A stretch of DNA of 32,000 bases from Mycobacterium tuberculosis H37Rv. GTDB taxonomy: Bacteria > Actinomycetota > Actinomycetes > Mycobacteriales > Mycobacteriaceae. Below the pieces are notes generated by a model. It saw only the letters and a program-made list of their open reading frames with translations, was not told the DNA's origin and searched no databases. The position numbers were made by a program, and so were the translations under genes. Where the stretch lies: assembly GCF_000195955.2 (NCBI RefSeq), contig NC_000962.3, forward strand, positions 870,001 through 902,000, read 5' to 3'. Positions 1 through 9,339 of this stretch are shown here, piece after piece (position 1 is the stretch's first letter; the number at the start of each line of letters is the position of its first letter).

Positions 1-7
1 GGGCCAA

Positions 8-1426
8 GTGAGCATTCCCAACGTGCTGGCCACCCGATACGCCAGCGCCGAGATGGTCGCGATCTGGTCGCCGGAGGCCAAGGTGGTCTCGGAGCGGCGG
101 TTATGGCTGGCCGTATTGCGGGCACAGGCAGAGCTGGGGGTAGCGGTTGCCGATTCGGTGCTCGCCGACTACGAACGTGTGGTCGACGATGTGGACTTGG
201 CCTCGATCTCAGCCCGGGAGCGGGTGCTGCGCCACGATGTCAAGGCCCGCATCGAGGAATTCAACGCATTGGCCGGTCATGAGCACGTGCACAAGGGGAT
301 GACCAGCCGCGACCTGACCGAGAACGTGGAGCAACTGCAGATTCGGCGGTCGCTGGAAGTGATTTTCGCCCATGGGGTGGCGGCGGTGGCGCGGCTGGCC
401 GAGCGGGCGGTGAGCTACCGTGACCTGATCATGGCCGGGCGCAGCCACAACGTGGCCGCTCAGGCCACCACCTTGGGCAAGCGGTTCGCCTCGGCGGCCC
501 AAGAGATGATGATCGCGTTGAGGCGGTTGAGGGAGTTGATCGACCGCTACCCCCTGCGTGGCATCAAGGGCCCGATGGGCACCGGTCAGGACATGCTCGA
601 TCTGCTGGGCGGTGACCGTGCGGCGCTGGCCGATCTCGAGCGGCGCGTCGCCGACTTCTTGGGCTTTGCAACTGTTTTCAACAGCGTGGGGCAGGTGTAT
701 CCGCGTTCATTGGACCACGACGTGGTTTCGGCTCTGGTGCAGCTCGGCGCGGGGCCGTCATCACTGGCACACACGATTCGATTGATGGCCGGCCACGAGC
801 TCGCCACCGAGGGTTTCGCGCCGGGTCAGGTCGGTTCGTCGGCGATGCCGCACAAGATGAACACCCGCAGCTGCGAACGGGTCAACGGGCTGCAGGTTGT
901 GCTACGCGGCTATGCATCCATGGTGGCCGAGTTAGCCGGTGCACAGTGGAACGAGGGTGATGTGTTTTGCTCCGTGGTGCGCCGGGTTGCGTTGCCGGAC
1001 AGCTTCTTTGCCGTCGACGGGCAGATCGAGACGTTTTTGACGGTGCTGGACGAGTTCGGCGCCTACCCGGCGGTGATCGGCCGCGAGTTGGATCGTTATC
1101 TGCCGTTCCTGGCCACCACTAAGGTGCTAATGGCGGCCGTGCGCGCGGGGATGGGTCGCGAGTCCGCGCACCGGTTGATCTCCGAGCACGCGGTGGCGAC
1201 GGCGCTGGCCATGCGAGAACACGGCGCGGAGCCCGACCTGCTGGACCGGTTGGCCGCCGATCCGCGGCTGACGCTGGGACGAGACGCTTTGGAGGCCGCG
1301 CTGGCCGACAAGAAGGCATTTGCCGGTGCCGCGGGTGACCAGGTCGATGATGTGGTCGCGATGGTGGACGCGCTGGTGAGCCGTTACCCGGACGCGGCTA
1401 AATACACGCCGGGTGCAATTCTTTAG
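8..1426 (+). CDS. purB: Adenylosuccinate lyase, 472 aa (recalled as Rv0777)
   Basis: Full-length ORF from GTG. Carries the fumarate-lyase signature [12 protein letters not shown]-terminus and length are typical of PurB. Confidence 0.95.
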
Positions 1427-1430
1427 TGTC

Positions 1431-2675
1431 ATGACTACCGCCGCCGGGCTTTCGGGCATCGATCTGACCGATCTGGACAACTTCGCCGACGGCTTCCCCC
1501 ATCACCTCTTCGCCATCCACCGTCGTGAAGCGCCGGTGTATTGGCATCGGCCGACCGAGCACACCCCGGACGGGGAGGGCTTCTGGTCGGTGGCTACCTA
1601 CGCCGAAACCCTTGAGGTGTTACGTGATCCGGTGACCTATTCGTCGGTCACCGGGGGCCAACGTCGGTTTGGGGGCACGGTGCTGCAGGATCTGCCGGTC
1701 GCCGGCCAGGTGCTCAACATGATGGATGATCCCCGGCACACCCGTATCCGGCGGTTGGTCAGCTCGGGCTTGACACCACGGATGATCCGGCGGGTCGAAG
1801 ACGATCTGCGCCGCCGGGCGCGTGGATTGCTCGATGGCGTAGAACCCGGAGCGCCTTTCGACTTCGTGGTCGAGATCGCTGCCGAATTGCCCATGCAGAT
1901 GATCTGCATTCTGCTGGGTGTGCCGGAGACGGATCGACATTGGTTGTTCGAGGCGGTTGAGCCGGGATTCGATTTCCGCGGCTCCCGCAGGGCGACGATG
2001 CCGAGGCTGAACGTCGAGGATGCCGGATCGCGGTTATACACCTACGCATTGGAGCTGATCGCCGGTAAACGCGCCGAACCTGCCGACGACATGCTGTCCG
2101 TCGTCGCCAACGCTACCATCGACGATCCGGACGCGCCGGCGCTGTCCGACGCCGAACTGTACCTGTTCTTCCATCTACTGTTCAGCGCCGGCGCGGAAAC
2201 CACCCGTAACTCCATTGCCGGCGGGCTGCTGGCGCTGGCCGAGAACCCTGACCAACTGCAAACGCTGCGAAGCGATTTTGAGTTGTTGCCGACTGCGATC
2301 GAAGAGATCGTGAGGTGGACGTCGCCGTCACCATCGAAGCGGCGCACGGCGTCCCGTGCGGTCAGCCTGGGCGGCCAGCCGATCGAGGCGGGTCAGAAGG
2401 TTGTGGTGTGGGAGGGCTCGGCCAACCGTGATCCCAGCGTGTTCGACCGCGCGGACGAGTTCGATATCACCCGAAAACCCAATCCGCACCTGGGTTTCGG
2501 TCAGGGGGTGCACTATTGCCTGGGCGCCAATCTGGCTCGGCTGGAACTGCGGGTGCTGTTCGAGGAACTCTTGTCCCGCTTTGGCTCAGTGCGGGTGGTG
2601 GAACCCGCGGAATGGACACGTAGCAACCGGCATACCGGCATCCGGCACCTAGTCGTTGAATTGCGCGGAGGCTAG
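1431..2675 (+). CDS. cyp126: Cytochrome P450, 414 aa from ATG 1431 (recalled as CYP126, Rv0778)
   Basis: Heme-thiolate loop [10 protein letters not shown], ExxR motif EEIVRW and I-helix-like AGAETT. The track ORF begins at GTG 1413 inside purB; the ATG at 1431 lies 4 nt after the purB stop. Confidence 0.92.
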
Positions 2676-3292
2676 TCCCCGCGCAGCGGGATTCCGGCGG
2701 CCCGCAACTCGAGCGCGGCCAGCGCACGCATGGTGGCGGGATCCTCTCGTCGCCAGGCGCCGACCGGATCGGTGCTGACGGCGGCCAGTTTGCCCGGCGG
2801 CCGGTTCGCCAATGCGCGCAGCGCCAGCAGCTGGCGACCGGCTGGGGTCGCCGCCAGGGTGGTAACGGTCCACTTGCGCCGGCAGAACCGCAGCCGCAGG
2901 AACAGCCAGGGCATGGCCACGGCAAGAATCGGCGTCGCGGCGACCGCCAGCGCGAGCACTACCGCAAGCCAGCCGGCCGTGGTGTCCAGGTTGTGGCCGG
3001 CGCCGGCGATGTCAAGGGCGGCCTGGCTTGCGGCGGTGATGGGGTTGCTGAGCGCGTCGCCCACCACCGGGATACGCTGGGCGTCCTGGCCCGCGGCCGC
3101 CAGGTTGCCGGCAATCCCGTGCGAGCCGATTTCGATTTGGCGGCCGGCCTCGCCGATTATCGAGATGGCGTCGTGCACGGCGAGGCCGACGAGCATCCAT
3201 AGCGTCGTCCACACCGCGACAGTGATATCGCTGATCAGTTGGGCCAGCAGTCGGCCGGGCGTGGTGGCATACGGCAAGAAGCGCGATCTCAT
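2672..3292 (-). CDS. Integral membrane protein of unknown function, 206 aa (recalled as Rv0779c)
   Basis: The internal ATG at 3292 gives a protein with hydrophobic helices ([43 protein letters not shown]). The 75-aa upstream extension of the track ORF is Arg/Pro/Gly-rich and overlaps purC. Confidence 0.7.
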
Positions 3293-3342
3293 ACCAGAGA
3301 TACCAGCACAGGGCGCCGTCGTGCGGCGGATAGGCTGGCGCG

Positions 3343-4236
3343 ATGCGCCCCGCATTGTCCGACTACCAGCATGTGGCCAGCGGTAAGGTCCGCGAGATCT
3401 ACCGTGTCGATGACGAGCACCTGCTGCTGGTTGCCAGCGACCGGATCTCGGCGTACGACTACGTCCTGGACAGCACCATCCCGGACAAGGGCCGCGTCCT
3501 GACCGCCATGAGCGCATTCTTCTTCGGGCTCGTCGATGCCCCTAACCATCTGGCCGGGCCGCCGGACGACCCGCGTATCCCCGACGAGGTGCTGGGCCGC
3601 GCGCTGGTGGTGCGTCGGCTGGAGATGCTGCCGGTGGAATGTGTGGCCCGTGGCTACCTGACCGGTTCGGGGTTACTGGATTACCAGGCAACCGGGAAGG
3701 TATGCGGTATCGCGCTGCCGCCGGGCCTGGTCGAGGCCAGTCGGTTCGCCACACCGCTGTTCACCCCGGCGACTAAAGCCGCGTTGGGGGACCACGACGA
3801 GAACATCTCGTTTGACCGGGTGGTGGAGATGGTAGGCGCGTTGCGTGCCAACCAGCTGCGTGATCGTACTCTGCAGACGTATGTGCAGGCCGCCGATCAC
3901 GCTCTCACCCGCGGAATCATTATCGCCGACACCAAGTTTGAATTTGGCATCGACCGCCACGGCAACCTGCTGCTGGCCGACGAAATCTTCACACCGGACT
4001 CGTCGCGGTACTGGCCTGCCGACGACTACCGGGCCGGCGTGGTCCAGACCAGCTTCGACAAACAGTTTGTCCGCAGCTGGCTCACCGGCTCCGAGTCCGG
4101 CTGGGATAGAGGCAGCGATCGGCCGCCGCCTCCGCTCCCCGAGCATATCGTCGAGGCCACGCGTGCCCGTTATATTAATGCATACGAACGGATTTCCGAA
4201 CTAAAATTCGACGACTGGATCGGCCCTGGCGCATGA
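3343..4236 (+). CDS. purC: SAICAR synthetase, 297 aa
   Basis: Motifs GKVREIY and [13 protein letters not shown] are typical of PurC. Full-length ORF. Confidence 0.95.
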
Positions 4237-4943
4237 TGCACCGAACCGCACTACCCTCACCGCCCGTGGCCAAGCGGGTGCAGACCCGCCGGGAGCACCA
4301 CGGCGACGTCTTTGTCGACCCATATGAATGGTTGCGCGACAAGGACAGCCCTGAAGTAATCGCCTACCTCGAAGCTGAAAACGACTACACCGAACGGACC
4401 ACCGCGCACCTTGAGCCATTGCGGCAAAAGATCTTCCACGAAATCAAAGCGCGTACCAAGGAAACCGACTTATCGGTGCCGACGCGACGTGGCAACTGGT
4501 GGTACTACGCGCGGACCTTTGAGGGAAAGCAGTATGGCGTACACTGTCGTTGCCCGGTAACCGATCCCGACGACTGGAACCCACCAGAGTTCGACGAGCG
4601 CACCGAAATACCCGGTGAACAGCTTCTGCTCGACGAGAACGTGGAAGCTGACGGCCACGACTTCTTCGCACTGGGCGCGGCCAGCGTCAGCCTGGACGAT
4701 AACCTCTTAGCGTATTCCGTTGATGTCGTAGGTGACGAACGATATACCTTGCGGTTCAAGGATTTACGCACCGGAGAACAGTACCCGGACGAGATCGCCG
4801 GGATCGGAGCGGGAGTCACCTGGGCAGCTGACAACCACTGTCTACTACACCACCGTGGACGCGGCCTGGCGTCCGGACACAGTGTGGCGATACCGACTAG
4901 GGTCCGGCGAATCGTCGGAGCGGGTTTACCACGAAGCCGATGA
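4233..4943 (+). CDS. ptrBa: Oligopeptidase B (protease II, S9A), N-terminal fragment of a frameshift-split gene
   Basis: The N-terminal beta-propeller region of PtrB (..[17 protein letters not shown]..) reads up to WAADN at 4835. The frame then decays into Arg/Gly-rich sequence and stops at 4943. Confidence 0.85.
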
Positions 4944-6390
4944 TCGGTTCTGGCTCGCGGTGGGGCGTACTCGCAGCAACGCCTATCTGCTGATTGCGGC
5001 GGGGTCGTCCATCACTTCGGAGGTCCGTTACGCGCACGCGGCAGATCCGACAGCGCAGTTCAGCGTGGTGCTGCCGCGCCGCGACGGCGTCGAGTACTCG
5101 GTGGAGCATGCGGTCATAGCTGGCCAGGACCGGTTTCTGATCCTGCACAACGACGGCGCGGTGAACTTCACACTGGTAGAGGCCCCGGTCGAGGATCCTG
5201 CGCGGCAACGCACCCTCATCGCCCACCGCGACGACGTCCGACTCGACGCGGTGGATGCCTTGGCCGGCCATCTGGTAGTCAGCTATCGGCGCGAGGCGCT
5301 GCCGCGGGTTCAACTGTGGCCGATCGGGCCTGACGGAAACTATGGTGAGCCCGAAGAGATCTCGTTCGACTCCGAGCTGATGTCGGCCGGACTGGGGCCC
5401 AACCCCAACTGGGATTCGCCCAAACTGCGGGTCGGTGCCGGATCTTTCGTCACCCCGGTGCGGATCTACGACATCGACCTGGTCACTGGCGAGCGTACCT
5501 TGCTGAAAGAACAGCCCGTACTGGGCGGCTACCGCCGCGAAGACTATGTGGAGCGGCGTGACTGGGCGTACGGAGACGACGGCACCCGGATCCCGGTCTC
5601 GATAGTGCACCGAGCCGATATCGAATTCCCGGCACCTGCGTTGATCTATGGCTACGGCGCCTACGAGATCTGTGAGGATCCGCGGTTTTCCATCGCTCGG
5701 TTGTCGCTGCTGGATCGCGGGATGGTGTTCGTCGTCGCCCACGTTCGCGGCGGCGGTGAGATGGGCAGGCTGTGGTATGAAAACGGCAAGCTACTGGACA
5801 AGAAGAACACGTTCACCGACTTCATCGCGGTGGCAAGACATCTGGTGGACACGGGACTTACTTCCCAGCAGCAGCTGGTGGCATTGGGGGGTAGCGCGGG
5901 CGGTCTGCTGATGGGCGCGGTGGCCAACATGGCACCGGATCTCTTCGCCGGAATCCTTGCGCAGGTGCCGTTCGTGGACCCGCTGACCACCATCTTGGAT
6001 CCATCGTTGCCGCTGACCGTCACCGAGTGGGACGAATGGGGAAATCCGTTGAACGACAGCGATGTCTATGCCTATGTGAAATCGTATTCGCCGTACGAGA
6101 ACGTCACGGCCCAAAAGTACCCGGCCATCCTGGCAATGACGTCGCTGAACGACACCAGGGTCTATTACGTGGAGCCGGCCAAGTGGGTGGCCGCGTTGCG
6201 GCACGCCAAGACCGACGGCAATTCCGTGCTGTTGAAGACCCAGATGCACGCCGGTCATGGTGGGATCAGTGGCCGCTACGAGCGCTGGAAGGAGACCGCG
6301 TTTCAATACGGGTGGTTGCTAGCTACTGCCGACAGCGACCGTTACGGCGGCGGCCAGGGAAACGACCTCGATGGCGCTGCGCCAGCATAG
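4732..6390 (+). CDS. ptrBb: Oligopeptidase B, C-terminal fragment with the catalytic domain
   Basis: From about 4837 this frame reads [22 protein letters not shown] and continues into the S9 peptidase domain. It has the GGSAGGLLMG nucleophile elbow and an AGHGG His region. The first ~35 codons (4732-4836) are probably not native. Confidence 0.85.
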   Translation: MTNDIPCGSRIYAPENSTRTRSPGSERESPGQLTTTVYYTTVDAAWRPDTVWRYRLGSGESSERVYHEADDRFWLAVGRTRSNAYLLIAAGSSITSEVRYAHAADPTAQFSVVLPRRDGVEYSVEHAVIAGQDRFLILHNDGAVNFTLVEAPVEDPARQRTLIAHRDDVRLDAVDALAGHLVVSYRREALPRVQLWPIGPDGNYGEPEEISFDSELMSAGLGPNPNWDSPKLRVGAGSFVTPVRIYDIDLVTGERTLLKEQPVLGGYRREDYVERRDWAYGDDGTRIPVSIVHRADIEFPAPALIYGYGAYEICEDPRFSIARLSLLDRGMVFVVAHVRGGGEMGRLWYENGKLLDKKNTFTDFIAVARHLVDTGLTSQQQLVALGGSAGGLLMGAVANMAPDLFAGILAQVPFVDPLTTILDPSLPLTVTEWDEWGNPLNDSDVYAYVKSYSPYENVTAQKYPAILAMTSLNDTRVYYVEPAKWVAALRHAKTDGNSVLLKTQMHAGHGGISGRYERWKETAFQYGWLLATADSDRYGGGQGNDLDGAAPA

Positions 6391-6399
6391 CCGGTGGGA

Positions 6400-6612
6400 T
6401 CGGCCATTCGGGATGCGTAGACATTGGCTCCGAACATGGCCAGCATCAGCGCCAGCGAGCATACCGCCGCTGCCATGCGGGTGTCGGGCAGCAACAGGCC
6501 CACGGCGACCAGGAGCCTCCAGCGCACCGGTGATGGTGACCAGCAGGCCGGGCGCAAGCAGCCCGGGTGAAACGATGGCGATGAGGTGGCCGCGCAGGGG
6601 CGGCGTGAAGTG
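6400..6612 (-). pseudogene. Possible DoxX-like membrane protein remnant, 5'-truncated and frameshifted
   Basis: Two minus-strand frames joined near 6518 read ..LIAIVSPGLLAPGLLVTITGALE/LLVAVGLLLPDTRMAAAVCSLALMLAMFGANVYA. This resembles the E-l-l-g-a-v-g-L-L-L-P..T core of DoxX-type proteins. No start codon. Confidence 0.3.
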
Positions 6613-6613
6613 A

Positions 6614-6829
6614 GCTCGGCTGCTCGACGGCTCCGATTCCGAACTGGTCGACGCCGAGACCGCCGCTGCCGCCGAGCTGGCGCGCGGGGTGGCGGCGCTG
6701 CGCGATCCCAACGCCCGGGCGAATCCGGCGGGTGCCGAGCTGGCGACCTGGTCGCTGGTGCACGGCTTTTCGACGCTGTGGCTCGACGATGCGGTCAACG
6801 CTGACGTGAAGCAGACGTCATGCGGATAG
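6614..6829 (+). pseudogene. Possible TetR-family regulator C-terminal remnant (no N-terminal HTH, no start codon)
   Basis: Open frame after the TGA at 6611 reads ..LVDAETAAAAELARGVAALRDPNARANPAGAELATWSLVHGFSTLWLDDAV.. and ends at TAG 6827-6829. The WSLVHGF-TLWLDD motif is typical of TetR ligand-domain C-termini. Confidence 0.4.
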
Positions 6830-8440
6830 CAACGGTGCTCTTCGATGACTAGCCTGCTGTTTCGGCAGGAATGCCGCGGGGATCAGCGTCGAGACCACTA
6901 GCGCGGTCGCTATCACGAATACCACCGCGTAGGCGTGCGAAAGGTCATGCAGCAGTTGGGCCGCGAAGTTGGTTTGGCGCGGTAGCGAGGAAGGGTCAAC
7001 CGCCGCCCCCCGCCCGGCGCCACTCTCTGGGGTCAGTGCGACTTTCTTTGCAGTAGCGATGATTTCGCTGTGATTGAACTGGTAGGTGAGCAGCACCGAC
7101 ATCAGTGCGGTCCCTATCGAACCGCCCACCTGCTGGTTGACGCTGATCAGCGTCGAACCGCGAGCGATCTGATGTGGGGCCAGGGTCTGCACTGCCGCCC
7201 CGGACAGTGGCATCATGGAGCAGCCCATGCCCATGCCCATGATTGCCAGCCCGGTCGGCAGAATGGGTAAGTAGTCCGCTTGCCGCGCGACACCAAAGGC
7301 GAAGGTGCCCAACCCCGCAGCGATCAGCATGATCCCAACCAGCACGATCTTGGCCGGTCCCCGTCGGTCCATCATCGCTCCGGCGATCGGCATCGCCAGC
7401 ATGGCACCGAGGCCCTGTGGGATGATATGCACCCCCGATTGCATCGGTGATTGGTGCAACACTTGCTGGAGGTAGCTCGGGAGCAGCAAGAAGGAGCCAA
7501 ACAGCCCGAGGGAGAGCACCGTCATCGTCATGTTGGCCTGCGCGACCGCTCGGTTCTGGAACAAGCGCATGTCTATGAGCGGATGTTCTGTGCGGTACCA
7601 CGAATGTGCGACGAATGCCGCGATCAACGCCAGGCCGGTGATCGCCGGTATCAACACGTGCCGATCGGCCATCGTTCCACGGGCGGGGCTAGATGACACC
7701 CCGAACAGGAAGGTCGCCAGGCCCGGCGACAGCAACAAGAGGCCCATGTAGTCGAAGTTTTCCGACGCTGCCGGGCGATCTCTTGGGAACACGATCGCCG
7801 CCAAGACGAGCGCGGACAGCCCGACCGGCAGGTTGACCAAGAAAATCCAACGCCAGCCGTAGGCCCCGATGAGCCAACCACCCAGGATCGGCCCACCGAC
7901 CGGGCCGAGCAGCATCGGAATGCCCACCACCGCCATCACGCGCCCCAGCCGCTTCGGGCCCGCCTCACGGGCCAAGATGGCAAAGGACACCGGCGTCAGC
8001 ATGCCCCCACCGAAACCCTGGACAACACGAAATATGATGAGCAGCAAGATGTTTGGTGCTACTGCGCACAGCAGTGAGCCGAGGGTGAACGCCAATACCG
8101 AACCCATGAAAAGCCGCCTGGTGCCGAACCGGTCGGCCGCCCAACCGGCTGTCGGGATCACAGTGGCCAACGCGAGCATGTAGCCGGTCATGGTCCAGGC
8201 CACGACGGCCTGGGTGGACCCGAAATCGGCAACGAAGGTGCGTTGCGCGACGCTGACCACGGTGACGTCCACATGTGCCATCACCGAGGCCAGGACACAC
8301 ACTCCGGCGGTCCGAAGCAACCCCACATCGAGCCTATCGGGATAGCTGCGTTGGCCAGAGCGGGGCCGCCCCGCGGGGGTGATGGGCACCGGGGCATCGC
8401 CTTCCGCGGGACACGCTTCAACCATGGCGTTGCCGAGCAT
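6818..8440 (-). CDS. emrB: MFS multidrug efflux transporter, DHA2/EmrB-QacA type (14 TMS), 540 aa from ATG 8440; alternative GTG at 8455
   Basis: Long, highly hydrophobic ORF with MFS motifs (GWAADRFGTRRLF, LLIIFRVVQGFGGG). Confidence 0.9.
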   Translation of the reverse strand: MLGNAMVEACPAEGDAPVPITPAGRPRSGQRSYPDRLDVGLLRTAGVCVLASVMAHVDVTVVSVAQRTFVADFGSTQAVVAWTMTGYMLALATVIPTAGWAADRFGTRRLFMGSVLAFTLGSLLCAVAPNILLLIIFRVVQGFGGGMLTPVSFAILAREAGPKRLGRVMAVVGIPMLLGPVGGPILGGWLIGAYGWRWIFLVNLPVGLSALVLAAIVFPRDRPAASENFDYMGLLLLSPGLATFLFGVSSSPARGTMADRHVLIPAITGLALIAAFVAHSWYRTEHPLIDMRLFQNRAVAQANMTMTVLSLGLFGSFLLLPSYLQQVLHQSPMQSGVHIIPQGLGAMLAMPIAGAMMDRRGPAKIVLVGIMLIAAGLGTFAFGVARQADYLPILPTGLAIMGMGMGCSMMPLSGAAVQTLAPHQIARGSTLISVNQQVGGSIGTALMSVLLTYQFNHSEIIATAKKVALTPESGAGRGAAVDPSSLPRQTNFAAQLLHDLSHAYAVVFVIATALVVSTLIPAAFLPKQQASHRRAPLLSA

Positions 8441-8637
8441 ATCGATACCGGTCACGGGTACCGCGCGAGGATGTCGGGCGGTGCTTGGTTCCGGCGTCGG
8501 GTCATGGCCCTGGCGCCGAGCCGACGTGCGCTCGTTCTGCGCTGGTCAGGGTCCAGATATACGCCTGCTGTCCGCGTGTCCTTCACCGTCCGGAAACCTG
8601 GAATCGGCAGACTGCAAGCGTGTCTGGAAAACTGCTC

Positions 8638-9324
8638 GTGTCGGTCTCGGGGATAGGTGAGAGCACCCTGGCCGATGTCGACGCGTTCTGCGCGGAAATG
8701 GACGCCCGCTCGGTGCCGGTATCGTTGCTGGTGGCTCCGCGTATGCGCGATGACTACCGGCTCGACCGCGACCCACGCACCGTCGACTGGCTGACCGGTC
8801 GCCGGGCCGCCGGCGACGCTCTGGTACTGCATGGCTACGACGAAGCGGCCACCAAGAGGCGGCGCGGCGAATTCGCAATGCTGCGCGCACACGAGGCCAA
8901 CCTGCGGCTGATGGCCGCCGACCGGGTGCTCGAACACCTTGGGCTGCGAACCCGACTGTTTGCGGCACCGGGCTGGCTGGTATCACCAGGTGTCCGTACA
9001 GCGTTGCCGGCCAATGGATTTCGGCTGCTTGCGGATCTCCATGGAATCACGGATCTGGTTCGGCTCACCACCGTGCGTGCCCGCGTGCTGGGCATCGGCG
9101 AGGGTTTCCTGGCGGAGCCCTGGTGGTGCCGGATGGTGGTGATGTCGGCCGAGCGGATCGCCCGGCGTGGGGGCGTCGTCCGGATTGCGGTGGCCGCCCG
9201 TCATTTGCGCAAGTCCGGTCCGCTGCAGGCGATGCTCGATGCCGTCGACCTGGCGATGCTGCAGGGGTGCACACCGATGGTGTACCGGTGGCGAGCCGAT
9301 GCGGCGGTACTCGACGCGGCCTGA
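8638..9324 (+). CDS. Conserved hypothetical protein, DUF2334/polysaccharide-deacetylase-like (recalled as Rv0784)
   Basis: Pattern LLVSVSGI..VSLLVAPR..LVLHGYDE resembles the DUF2334 family. A GTG at 8638 gives 228 aa. The upstream part of the track ORF (from 8485) has atypical composition, so the start is uncertain. Confidence 0.65.
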   Translation: MSVSGIGESTLADVDAFCAEMDARSVPVSLLVAPRMRDDYRLDRDPRTVDWLTGRRAAGDALVLHGYDEAATKRRRGEFAMLRAHEANLRLMAADRVLEHLGLRTRLFAAPGWLVSPGVRTALPANGFRLLADLHGITDLVRLTTVRARVLGIGEGFLAEPWWCRMVVMSAERIARRGGVVRIAVAARHLRKSGPLQAMLDAVDLAMLQGCTPMVYRWRADAAVLDAA

Positions 9325-9339
9325 CCGAGCGCCTGATCG

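Noticed and set aside
3293-3517. 75-codon N-terminal extension of the membrane-protein ORF (2672-3517)
   Set aside because: It overlaps the purC 5' coding region on the opposite strand and is highly basic and Pro-rich. The hydrophobic protein begins at the internal ATG 3292.
4897-5742. 281-aa minus-strand ORF
   Set aside because: Antisense to the ptrBb catalytic-domain region; shadow ORF.
6319-6798. 159-aa minus-strand ORF as a real gene
   Set aside because: It has Ser/Ala-rich low-complexity composition and overlaps the ptrBb tail. Only a short segment (about 6517-6612) looks like genuine, DoxX-like coding sequence. I treated it as part of a remnant rather than a gene.
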